DNA of 62,873 bases, counting the filler. It is 20 parts of 20 records of this genome, joined end to end, with 100 filler letters (N's around TTAATTAATTAA, not from the genome) between each part and the next. Parts side by side here need not be neighbours in the genome. Positions count along the whole stretch, not along the records: positions 43,724 to 47,437 come from SRR16133337_44924; positions 47,538 to 49,779 come from SRR16133337_44987; positions 49,880 to 51,894 come from SRR16133337_44998; positions 51,995 to 57,481 come from SRR16133337_45005; positions 57,582 to 60,656 come from SRR16133337_45191; 15 more parts are not named here. The stretch is one strand, 5' to 3'. The notes below the pieces were generated by a model. It did not search any database, was not told where the DNA came from, and saw only the letters and a list, made by a program, of their open reading frames with translations. Shown here piece after piece: positions 47,139 to 57,982 of this stretch (positions are counted from its first letter, which is position 1; each line of letters begins with the position of its first letter). The position numbers and the translations under genes were made by a program.

Positions 47139-50100
47139 GTTGTAAGATTAACAAAAAAATTTATTTGTGCATCACAGGGCCTTGAGGTGGCTTGTACCTT
47201 GCATTTGTTACATTCAAAAAAGTCAACAAAGTACAACGATTGCGCCGTAGTGACGTGTGAGGCATGTAAATGACGTGCAGGATAATAATGTTGTGAAACG
47301 CAACATGGTCTGAACGTGAGTCAGGCCTCTTTTTGAAATAACTTTTGTGTTTTAAAAAATCAAACGTAAAGAGATCACCCCCACAAAACAACAAAAGTGT
47401 GGTTGTGTGGAGGAAGATCGGAAGAGCGTCGTGTAGGNNNNNNNNNNNNNNNNNNNNNNNNNNNNNNNNNNNNNNNNNNNNTTAATTAATTAANNNNNNN
47501 NNNNNNNNNNNNNNNNNNNNNNNNNNNNNNNNNNNNNCACTTTCAAATGTGAAAATTTTTTTGTGAACACCCCCCAAAAGTGCATTGTTCATCATAGAAT
47601 ATTTTGACTTCCAAAAATACTTTCGCTCTTTCGCTTTTTTTTTTTAGAAGTCTACAAAATAAAAATTAAAAGTTAAAAGAGGTTTTGGGGTGAGAAATTT
47701 TTTGGGTGTTTCACAACAAACATTCGAAAGGGAAAATTCCAATGTCTTCCCACAGAAGACAACAAAATTTATTCACCATCATTTTGACGTGTCAAAAGAA
47801 TGGTGAACGCTCCGCACATGGTCATGAGTAACATAAACATTTATATACCAATTCGTTATCCTAGTTGCACAATATTTCTCACACACAAAAAAGAGAGATG
47901 AACGATAAAGGTTTTTTAAACTGTACATATGTCGTCTTCTGCATCGCAAATTATAGTATTCAATTTAGAAATTGATGCACTCTAATAATTTGAAAGTACA
48001 TAATTATAATTAAAATCTAAATGAAATCATGCCCTCTCTTATCACTGGCTGGTGACGCCACACATAAATAAAATCTGCTCCCAACAAACTTACAAAAACC
48101 AAACTGAAAGTGCCGCATTATTTACTTGGAACTTCACATCAAGATCAAAACATTAAATTTACTTTTTCATCCAATCTTCTTCAGCATGTTACTTTTTGTA
48201 CTGGATTGTAATTCCTCTCCATAAATTTGGAAAGAATAGCAATTTAAAATTAAAATGTTTCTATCGGCCATGCAATGTCATTGAACGTTTCCACACACGT
48301 ATTTTTGCGGAATATATCGTTTGCGTATGTGCAAAAATTTGCTTTAAAATATGAAAACACATTTAGTGCAGTGAACCAAAAACATTTCTCGTTTGTTTTA
48401 AGTAATTTGACATTTAATGAATAAATAATTCATCAATACCACTCCACACAACATGGAATGTTTAAACACATAACATCGTATTACACGAAACAACTTGCTC
48501 CTAACGCCAAAAGAATATACGTGACAACGGGAAACAATCGCTGACATCCATCAGACTCTTCCCCTATAAACAAACATAAAACACAGCATTCGCAGTTACG
48601 ACCACAAAAAAATCGTATATTTCCCCATAAAAGACAAGATACAGTAATTCAAAACAAGAAACAAAATTATTCGCATTGTCAAGTGTTTCAGAGAAGAATT
48701 TTAATTTCGGTTCCATTAATCATATCGAAACGAGAAGATCCAAGAGCAACAGAAGACGAGAAAACTTGGATTTATACTGTTTTCCAGGTTTTTTCTCGTT
48801 TTCTCTTGGTTTCACTGGTGAACACTTGGTATTTGTTTGTTGCAAATATTATATAAACGTTAACATTTTTTTTGGTAAGTTTCAACTGGAACAACATATC
48901 AAAACACACCCACTCACATACACACACCACTCCACTCACCCTTACAAATTGAAACTGAGTCTAAAGTATCAAAAGCATTTGTGTTATTGTGAAAAAGAGA
49001 AGTTTTTACTTAACTTTTTACAATTTCGAATTTGGGAATTGTGTATTTTTCATAAATTTCGCACTGAACTTCGGCGTTGTTTTGTACTTTGTTGTTTAAA
49101 CAATTTGAGGATATGTGGATTGAAAAATGTATTCTCTTGCACGACATTAACCTTCCCTAATTTCATTTTCACTCCCGGAATTATAGCCACAATTATGCGC
49201 AGCATCGGAAAACACAAATTTACAACAAAAAATTCTATATTTTTTCGACGGGGCGTTTTTGTGCAAAATTACATCAGATTTTGAAATATGACACTTCTAC
49301 AAAACATTGTTTGACTATGTGGCACAAACTCATTTCACAACATTAACGAAAATTTTCTAAAATGTGATTTTTACGAAAGAATGTCATTATCTTAACTTTA
49401 TTTTGCTTGATCACGTATTTCGAATCTGAATGAGAAATCGCGAATATGATTTTTTTTGCTTGAAATACCACATGAGTGAACAAGAAAAACACTGGTCATA
49501 ATCCAACACCCAAACACAATTTTTCAATATTTTAGCAAATATTTCTTGCCAAAACAAAAAACAAACAGTTCGCATTTTCAAAGTTTTCCCTAAAAAATAT
49601 TTTGATAACAAATTTAGTCTTAAGGCAGGAGATTATCTTAAAGCGATGTTTTTAGTTTTTGCCTAGTTTTCGCTCAAAAAATTTGTGGATTGGAGTTTGG
49701 GACACGGGAAACAAAATGTAAAAATAGGAAAAGTTTTTGCAGGGAGATATTAGAATTTTTCAATTTCAAATGTGAAAAANNNNNNNNNNNNNNNNNNNNN
49801 NNNNNNNNNNNNNNNNNNNNNNNTTAATTAATTAANNNNNNNNNNNNNNNNNNNNNNNNNNNNNNNNNNNNNNNNNNNNGCCACATTTTCGCGAATCCTT
49901 GCGAAATTTTAATTCTTGAAAAGATTTCGCCATCAGCAAGAGGTCACCCTTGCCAATTTTGGGGTGTTTGTCGAGAACAAAGTTTTTTACTAAAAGTAGT
50001 TTTTGAAAACTGAATAGTGGGTTCACGACCTCAAGGTTTCAGTTTCTCCACAATGTGTTTCACAAAATAGAGGATGTCCCATATCTCATAAAACGACATA

Positions 50101-50220
50101 CTTTTCGATGTGAAATTCAGTCTTAATGCTTGAAAATGCTCAGGCTTGAACACAAAACTGAATTTAAGTGTCAGGAAATTACTTGGTCTGCCTTACTTTA
50201 AGTAAATTGACCATACTTAC

Positions 50221-50890
50221 ATGTTTTTAGGTAGAACTTGAAGGTGTAAAGGTAAATTTAAAACCTTTAGAAGAACCACTCCTTGTTCCCGCGGCATGCG
50301 GTTATGACCCTGATAGAAATCAAAGTTTCCTCCAAGGGCAATGTTGAACCCTTTGGCTTCCGTACTTAGGAACGGTTGTGATACTCCTTTTGAATCTTCG
50401 AGGTATTCAAATTCTTTCCAGACCTCGCCATCCCATATAGTAGACATTCCATCTTCGGCGTAAAGTCTTTCGAGATTGCCTTTCTTATGCTTCTTCCACG
50501 CATCAAGCGATTCACGAAACTCCCTGTCCAACAGACGCTTTTCAAACCAGAGCCTAAATGCAGACCGAACCATCTTTTTCAGTGGGGTTCCCCTTGTGCG
50601 ACCGTGCTCGTCGACAGTTCCATAAAAAAGTCGTCCTTTACACCGCTGATTTTTATACTCTACTCGCCTAGAACCTTTTTTCGCATTCGGGGGCGCAGCA
50701 AAGTAGTCGAGCAAAGGTTCGTTACAAAACCGCTTGAGCTTTCCGCTTGCGTCGCGACAATTTTTCGCATCGTGAACGTGTTGACAAATCTTCCCGTCAC
50801 ATATGGCATATTCAAAAACCTTGTGAGGCCTATTCTTCGAAATGGATTTCCAGAATCCTTGAAAGGTGAGAGGAATTTTGATTGTCTTGT
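50221..50890 (-). mobile_element. EnSpm/CACTA (CMC) transposase exon
   Basis: Cys-rich YAIC..C..C region, then STIWDGEVWKEF...NIALGGNFDFYQ...GVVLLKVLNLP..L...N (Tnp2/Transposase_21-like). cacag acceptor and GTAAGT donor. Confidence 0.8.
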
Positions 50891-52078
50891 CTGTGAAAAG
50901 CCATATGACAATTTGAACTGCACACAAGATAAATCTGAAGTCTCGAATGCTCATAGAGAGCTCAAACAAAACGCATTGCAAGACAAACATCAAGTATACA
51001 GTTAGCATTTCTGCTTTTGAATGCGTCTTGTAGCTGATTACATTTTCATCAGGGTGTGTTTTTAACTTACCCCATTCTATTCACACCAACAAATCAAAAT
51101 TCACATTTTCTTTCCAATACAAGGATTTGTCCAAGATTTAATATTTGTTTTGAGGGAATTCAAAACATCCCAATAAGAGAATCAAAAATTGGAAGCTATA
51201 AAAGTAGAAAAATGCTTGAACTTTCAGTAGTTTTCTTTTTTGTTATCAGAACACATTTTTAAGCGTTCGAATTTACTTTTACATTATTTAAAAAAAAAAA
51301 ACGAATCGAACTTCCTAATCATTCACACTTTTTATAAACGGATTTTTTTCACAGAAAAGATTCAGGCTTGCAGTGAATTTTTTCAAATATGTTGATGCTC
51401 ATAAAACATTCAGGTGAGGGGTGTGTGGGTGTGACATAGGGGGAAAAATTTTGAAAAAACTTTTTCTTCAAACCTAAATCTTTTCAGAGAAGAAATCCTG
51501 TTTGAAAAAGAGTGATTGAGTATGAAAATCTATTCGTTTTTTTTCTAATAAAAAAGTAGAACGAATCGCCTAATAATGTTCTTTTTTATTAATAATTGCC
51601 ACTTTAGTTCCAAGAAAAAGCAGTTAAAAAGTTTGAGAGTTATTTTTCTTTTGACTGGGTAGAAAAAACGTCAGCACATCACTCTCCAAACTTCGCTAAT
51701 CAATTTTGGGCAAAAAATATGGGGCGAAAATATAAAAAGACACACACACACACACAATTTCTTGATTTAATGAAAGATTATCTTTGCTTTTTTGTTTGGC
51801 AGATACATGAAATAAAATTCTGCAAAATAAGAGAACAAATGAACATTTTTTTTGGTGATGTTTGTTTCTTAAGGTGGTAAATCTAGTATCGATTNNNNNN
51901 NNNNNNNNNNNNNNNNNNNNNNNNNNNNNNNNNNNNNNTTAATTAATTAANNNNNNNNNNNNNNNNNNNNNNNNNNNNNNNNNNNNNNNNNNNNTTCAAA
52001 TAAATAGCTTGCGGATTTAAGGTTGACAACAATTGTTTAATGTTTGTAATGGGCCTATTACCAATATTGTATTAAACC

Positions 52079-52474
52079 TTATCTTTGAAAGTACCCTGTA
52101 AATCTCAGTGTTCTATTGGAATATTTAATTTCTATCTCAGACGAATCTCCAGATAGCTTAGTAATGCATATCGAAACAGCCTTTCCGTATTTATCCTTAC
52201 CGTACATACCACACATCTCTCCCAAGTTACCATTTATATAGTATTTGAAAGGAGATTTTCCATCTCTTAAATCTAGAGTAAATTCTTTACCAGAAGCGTT
52301 TCCAGTTAACCTAGCACTTCTCTCTAACTTCCTTCCGTTCATATGAGTTAAAACCCAAGTATACGTTCTTAATTCACAAAAATTATTTGTTGTAATATCT
52401 GAATTAATTGTCTTTGAATTAACTGTTGGAATTAAAATTAAAGCGAATAAAATTGTAGTTATAATGTTTTTCAT
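52079..52474 (-). CDS. Hypothetical exported protein (bacterial)
   Basis: 131-aa ORF with a Sec signal peptide (MKNIITTILFALILIPTVNS). Confidence 0.7.
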   Translation of the reverse strand: MKNIITTILFALILIPTVNSKTINSDITTNNFCELRTYTWVLTHMNGRKLERSARLTGNASGKEFTLDLRDGKSPFKYYINGNLGEMCGMYGKDKYGKAVSICITKLSGDSSEIEIKYSNRTLRFTGYFQR

Positions 52475-52675
52475 TTCGTAGTTTTTAGGTTTTAAAAGTT
52501 CTTAGTTACAGAATTGGCTATGATTAGTTGAGCTATGTAATTTTAAAACATGCCATTATATTCTGTGTGTTTTACATGAACGTTCATTGTGTTTTTCTGA
52601 GGTGAATTTAAAACTAAATTTTTGTTACAACTAAAATGCAGTAATTAATTATGGCGTTGTTGTAAGTAGGCTTAT

Positions 52676-52991
52676 TTAAAAATCATTTAATTGCTTTTTG
52701 TTAATGGACTCTGTTTCGATTTCTTCAAGGTATCTTGATTTGTATTCAATTTGAGTCTTTATATTAAAATTATCTCCTGAAATTTGAATAGTGATATCAG
52801 TATCTAAAGTTCTCCATTTTTTATAAATAACTAGATGCCCTGCGCTAATTGCAAGCCCATAATTGTCAGTATCGTTTTTATACAATTTATTCTTCCAAAT
52901 ATATTCTTCATCGATTGGTTTGGAATATTTTTTTTCAAGTAGTTGAGAAATTTTTCTAAAATCAAATAAATATTCATTTTGGGTTGTTTGA
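52676..52991 (-). pseudogene. 5'-truncated remnant of a bacterial hypothetical gene
   Basis: The protein-like frame NEYLFDFRKISQLLEKKYSKP...WKNKLYKND...YGLAISAGHL extends upstream of the listed TTG start but reaches a TGA with no ATG. Confidence 0.45.
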
Positions 52992-53550
52992 ACTCATGAT
53001 GTGGATCTTAAATGTGTTAAACTAATTTAAGTATAATTAAGAGACATTTTTAATCAAAAAAATATGTTTAATTCTACTGTAAAGGTACAAATAAGGTACA
53101 TATTAATACAAAATAAACGATTAACTTTACAAATAAAAACGATAGTGTGTATTCTGTTTACTAAGTTTTATCTTGTTTATAAAGGTTTTGTTGTGTGTTT
53201 GTATATTGTTTGTTTTGTGAGGTTACTTCCCAATACAAAAAGTGGTTATCTATTACAATAAGAAAATGATTTGATTTGTGATACCCGTTATTATACTAAA
53301 AACACTTGGAAATCGAAACTTTTAGGGATCTCTTTTGGCTTTTAACTACGTTCCCATTGGAAACGATAGCGATACCATCCTTGAAAATTAAACCTTGCTA
53401 CTCGCAAAAATAAGGGGACTCAATTCCCGAAAACCTAGTATTTTTAGTATATTTGAAATTTATTCCCTATTTAACATCAAAAATTGTTACATATTATAAA
53501 TTATTTATCTTCTCCATTTACAAACAAATCTAATCACAATTGTAAATTAT

Positions 53551-55023
53551 ATGAAAACGAAATGGAATGTTATCTTTCTTTTTATCTTTATTTTTTATGT
53601 GTTCTTTCCCACGAATAATTCTACACAAGATGCTTATGCGTACGCAGGTTATGTGAAGTACAATCATTTTTTGTTTACCCCACACCATCTGTTCAACAAT
53701 GCCTTGGTATTTTTAGTAAATTCTTTTCTTAAAACCCTAGGATTAAGGATGGATATATTGTCATTAGCCAAAATTTTGAATAGTATTTTTGCGATTTTTA
53801 ATTTAATTATTTTTAAGAATATTTTGACCCTATTAAAAATCCCTAAAAAAGAAATAATTGCCTATGTACTCATTCTCGGTTTTTCTTTTAGTCCTTGGAG
53901 ATATGGTACAGAAAATGAAACGTATATCATTCCTATTACATTTTCATTATTAGGAAGTTTTCACTTCTTAAAATTCACGAGAGTTGACAAAAACAAAAAT
54001 CTTTTTTTAAGCGGTCTTTTTGCAATGACGGCCTGTTTATTTCATCAAATACATTTTTTTTGGTGGTTGGGCTTACTTATAGGTGCTTATTTGCAAAAGA
54101 AAACAATAAAAACCCTTTTTGTTTATACAAGTACTGCTATTGTGGTTCCTATGAGTTACCTTCTGGTTCTTATTTATTACGAAAATCAGAATTTAACTTT
54201 TGGGAACTTTACCCGTTTTGTGTTTCATGATTTTTATGGAGGCACTGTTACAACCGGTTTTGGATGGAAAGGTCTATTTTTTCAAGGACTCAATAGTTTT
54301 AGAACTTTTTTTCAAGTACATCCTAATATCTATTTTTTAATAAAAAAGAATTTTCTTTTTATCATTCCTCTTTTTTTGGGGATCCTTCTTTGCGTTCAAT
54401 TTTTAAGGAAAATCTTAAAAAAACAATGGGTTACAAAGAGAATACACAAAGAGCCTCTTTTTATAAAAACGCATATTTCTATAGGCATTGCCAATTATTT
54501 ATTTGCGTATTACAACGTAGGAAATATTGAATTTATGGTGATGTTGCCTTATCTTTTGATTTTAGGTGTTGTCCTTAAATACCGAATAAACGATAAACTT
54601 CTGCGAACTTTTTCTGTAACGCTCTTCTTATGGAATTTTAGTTATGGAATTTTGCCGAATCATTTTTTCAACTACTATCATGATGATTTTCTAGTGGATT
54701 ATATGATAGAAAATCCAACGAATATCTATATTGTAAAAAACGCATTTGTACGGAATCATTATTTTTATAAAACAGGAATAGACAGTCCTCCGAATATCAT
54801 CCCATATTACAAAGTTGATAAAAAATTAGTAGAGGAACTTTTACAAGCAAAGAATTTTATTTTTACAGATGTCATCGATAAACCTGAAATTTTCAACAAA
54901 GAAAAAATAATCACAAAAAACAAGGTTTCTGGCATTTTAAAAAAGTATCCGAAAACAAAAATCACTACTTATAAAGGATTTTATGGAAAATCGACCCTTT
55001 ATAAAATTGAAAACAATCCTTAA
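53551..55023 (+). CDS. GT-C-like polytopic membrane protein (putative glycosyltransferase)
   Basis: 490 aa with many TM segments; D-A-Y.Y loop, PHHL and WRYGTENETY motifs. TATATTTG (-7 element) at 53448. Confidence 0.7.
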   Translation: MKTKWNVIFLFIFIFYVFFPTNNSTQDAYAYAGYVKYNHFLFTPHHLFNNALVFLVNSFLKTLGLRMDILSLAKILNSIFAIFNLIIFKNILTLLKIPKKEIIAYVLILGFSFSPWRYGTENETYIIPITFSLLGSFHFLKFTRVDKNKNLFLSGLFAMTACLFHQIHFFWWLGLLIGAYLQKKTIKTLFVYTSTAIVVPMSYLLVLIYYENQNLTFGNFTRFVFHDFYGGTVTTGFGWKGLFFQGLNSFRTFFQVHPNIYFLIKKNFLFIIPLFLGILLCVQFLRKILKKQWVTKRIHKEPLFIKTHISIGIANYLFAYYNVGNIEFMVMLPYLLILGVVLKYRINDKLLRTFSVTLFLWNFSYGILPNHFFNYYHDDFLVDYMIENPTNIYIVKNAFVRNHYFYKTGIDSPPNIIPYYKVDKKLVEELLQAKNFIFTDVIDKPEIFNKEKIITKNKVSGILKKYPKTKITTYKGFYGKSTLYKIENNP

Positions 55024-55180
55024 ATTACTGAATCCTATAGAACCCTAAAGTTGAATCCTAAAGAATTTATAAAAAACGGTCAACTCTAACTAGACGGAAT
55101 CTATAAATCAAAGACGATACATAACTTTCCAAAAAAACCAAAACTCCGTACTCAAAACTAAATTAAGTACCTTTATCCCT

Positions 55181-55858
55181 ATGAGAATTGATATTATTAC
55201 CGTTTCGCCAGAATTGATTCAAAGTCCCTTTAAATACTCCATTTTAAAAAGAGCTATCGACAAAGGATTGGCTAAAGTGTACTTTCACAATTTACGAGAG
55301 TTTGCACTCAACAAATACAATAAAATTGATGATTCTCCATTTGGAGGGGGGGCAGGAATGGTCTTGATGATGGAACCGATAGACAAATGTATTTCTAAAT
55401 TAAAAGCGGAAAGAGACTATGATGAGATCATCTATATGACTCCAGATGCTCCGATATTAAATCAACAAACGGCCAATACCTTATCTTTAAAAGAAAACAT
55501 CATCCTACTTTGTGGGCATTACAAAGGGGTTGATCAACGGGTACGTGATTTGTGGATTACCAAAGAAATCTCTATTGGTAATTATGTATTGAGTGGAGGT
55601 GAATTGGGGGCTGCTGTTCTCTGTGACAGTATGATTCGTTTAATTCCAGGAGTTTTAGGAGATGAAACTTCTGCATTAACCGATTCCTTTCAAGACGGCT
55701 TACTATCTCCACCTATTTATACAAGACCCTCAACATACAAAGGAGCTACTGTTCCTAAAATATTGCTTTCTGGAAATTTTCCTAAAATAGATAAATGGAG
55801 AACGGAACAGGCTTATGAAAGAACAAAACGAATAAAACCAGAATTGTTGGATGAATAG
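55181..55858 (+). CDS. trmD: tRNA (guanine-N1)-methyltransferase
   Basis: Motifs MRIDIIT, DDSPFGGGAGM, LCGHYKGVDQR, SIGNYVLSGGE and PIYTRP. Confidence 0.98.
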   Translation: MRIDIITVSPELIQSPFKYSILKRAIDKGLAKVYFHNLREFALNKYNKIDDSPFGGGAGMVLMMEPIDKCISKLKAERDYDEIIYMTPDAPILNQQTANTLSLKENIILLCGHYKGVDQRVRDLWITKEISIGNYVLSGGELGAAVLCDSMIRLIPGVLGDETSALTDSFQDGLLSPPIYTRPSTYKGATVPKILLSGNFPKIDKWRTEQAYERTKRIKPELLDE

Positions 55859-57329
55859 ACTTCAACAATTTATAAAATGCCATCCAGCAGTAAGTGTGGT
55901 CATCGGATTTCAACTTTTCCGATTGGTTCTTTTACCTTTTATGGGTTTGATGCCTCAAGATGCTTATTATCATTTTTATGGGGAACATCTATCCCTTTCG
56001 TATTTTGATCATCCAGGGATGATTGGATACCTTTTAAGAATATTTACAACGCTCTTTGGAAAAACCGTTTTTGTGGTAAAATTTGCTGATTTTGTCATTA
56101 CTTCTTTTACCATATTGAGTTTTTATAAACTTGCCTCCTACTTTTTATCCAAACAAAAACTTCAACGAGCACTTGTTTTATTGAGTTCTACGGTTTTTAT
56201 ATCCGTTTTAAGTTTCAATTCTACGCCAGATGTTCCGTTGCTTTTATTTTGGACACTGTCACTGATCTGCTTATACAAAGCTATTTTTGAAAACAAAAAA
56301 GGGTATTGGCTTTTAGGGGGGGTGATCATGGGCTTGGCTTTTGATAGTAAATACAGTGCTTTATTATTGCCGTTAGGATTCATCGCCTTTTTAGTTTTCT
56401 CTAACAAATACAGAAAATTATTGCGTTCTCCTTGGTTGTGGACTTCCCTTGTAATTTCTGTTCTGGTTACTTTTCCTGTTTGGTACTGGAACTACCAAAA
56501 CAACTTTGCTTCTTTTGTATTCCAGTCTTCAAATAGAACGGGAGACATTTCAAAATTTCAAATCACTCCCCAATACTTTTTAGGTGCAGTGGGGCATCAA
56601 TTATTTCTTTTGTTGCCTATTTTATTTGCCGTATTTGTAAACCTTACTTACAAGCACCTCAAAAAAGCAGTTACCAAATTCAAATTACCTTCTAGTAAAA
56701 CGTTGTTTTTAGGGGCTTTTTTTATTCCAACATTTGTCGGTTTCTTTTTATTGACCCCTATTTATTGGGTCAAATTAAATTGGATGATGCCTTCCTATAT
56801 TACGGGTATTATTTTAGCCAGTTCTGTCATCTCTAAAAAATTAGTCAAAATACAAGTCTTTATTTCAATAGCAATTCATTTGTTAATTAGTGTGGAAATC
56901 ATCGGTTATCTTGTCCCTATAAAAAGTGATGATACATGGGTGGGCTGGGAAGAACTAGCAAGCGAAACAAGGGCTTTGCAAAACCAATATCCAGATACCT
57001 TTATTTTTTCTGATGATGGTTACAAAACCAGTGCTGCCTTGACATTTTTCTCAGAACAAAAGATCTACGCTCAAAATATTATTGGCAAACATGCTTTGCA
57101 TTTTGATTATATTGGAGATGATTTAAAGGCACTCAAAGGTAAAAATGCTCTTTTTATAGACTCTGACAAACAATTTAAAAACGTCTATAAAAAAGGAAAA
57201 CAACCCAAAAAACTGAATGGCTATTTCTCAGAAATAACGGAACTCCAACCTATTATCATCAAAAAAGGAAAGAAAAATGTTCGGAAGTTCTGGGTCTATT
57301 ATTGTAAAAATTATACTCCAAAAAAATAA
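55851..57329 (+). CDS. ArnT/PMT-like glycosyltransferase (GT39/GT83)
   Basis: Motifs PQDAYY..Y..HL.LSYFDHPGM, TPDVPL, GLAFDSKY and P..YWN..N.F.SF. Overlaps trmD by 8 nt. Confidence 0.9.
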   Translation: MNRLQQFIKCHPAVSVVIGFQLFRLVLLPFMGLMPQDAYYHFYGEHLSLSYFDHPGMIGYLLRIFTTLFGKTVFVVKFADFVITSFTILSFYKLASYFLSKQKLQRALVLLSSTVFISVLSFNSTPDVPLLLFWTLSLICLYKAIFENKKGYWLLGGVIMGLAFDSKYSALLLPLGFIAFLVFSNKYRKLLRSPWLWTSLVISVLVTFPVWYWNYQNNFASFVFQSSNRTGDISKFQITPQYFLGAVGHQLFLLLPILFAVFVNLTYKHLKKAVTKFKLPSSKTLFLGAFFIPTFVGFFLLTPIYWVKLNWMMPSYITGIILASSVISKKLVKIQVFISIAIHLLISVEIIGYLVPIKSDDTWVGWEELASETRALQNQYPDTFIFSDDGYKTSAALTFFSEQKIYAQNIIGKHALHFDYIGDDLKALKGKNALFIDSDKQFKNVYKKGKQPKKLNGYFSEITELQPIIIKKGKKNVRKFWVYYCKNYTPKK

Positions 57330-57812
57330 TCGGCTATAAGCAGTAGGCTTTTGGCTATTTGTCATGTAGCCAGGTTGTCTTGTAGATGATGATACAGTGA
57401 AAAAGTGACATCGTCTTTCTTTTGTCTACTGCTTAAATCCTACAGCTTTTTTATACTCCTCCCAGTTAGAAACCCGAAAATNNNNNNNNNNNNNNNNNNN
57501 NNNNNNNNNNNNNNNNNNNNNNNNNTTAATTAATTAANNNNNNNNNNNNNNNNNNNNNNNNNNNNNNNNNNNNNNNNNNNNTTACCTTTGCGGTCAGAGA
57601 AATTCTGAAAGGGGACTTATGCTTTTTTTCCCGCTTGTCACATGCAGAATGAAAAGAAATTCAAATTACACGAAACAAATGGGATATGTTTGATGATAAA
57701 TTGTTTTTTAAAAGATGTGGGAAGGATGACATGTTTGATCATAAATCGTTGTCAAGGGATGACGGGAAGATGAAAGTCCATTTGAAGAACACAAAAAACC
57801 CCAATACATATA

Positions 57813-57952
57813 CAGGGCCTAACAAAGTAACCCCCACCCACACCATCACCACACACCCACTTCGCACCCACTCACACAACTCCCTACACACACCCTCAAT
57901 ACCCGTCTATAGTGGGGGAGGTGTGTGGTGTTTTTACTCCGTTAGACACCTG
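57813..57952. mobile_element. MITE of the same TIR family as 30462-30696, with TA TSD
   Basis: TA-CAGGGCCTAACAAAGTAA...TTACTCCGTTAGACACCTG-TA. Confidence 0.65.
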
Positions 57953-57982
57953 TATATCATTTTGAAGTGACATTCGACTTAC

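Noticed and set aside
48676-49284. 202-aa ORF, and 35250-35831
   Set aside because: Non-ATG starts, F/K/C-rich composition typical of AT-rich non-coding DNA, and no recognisable motif.
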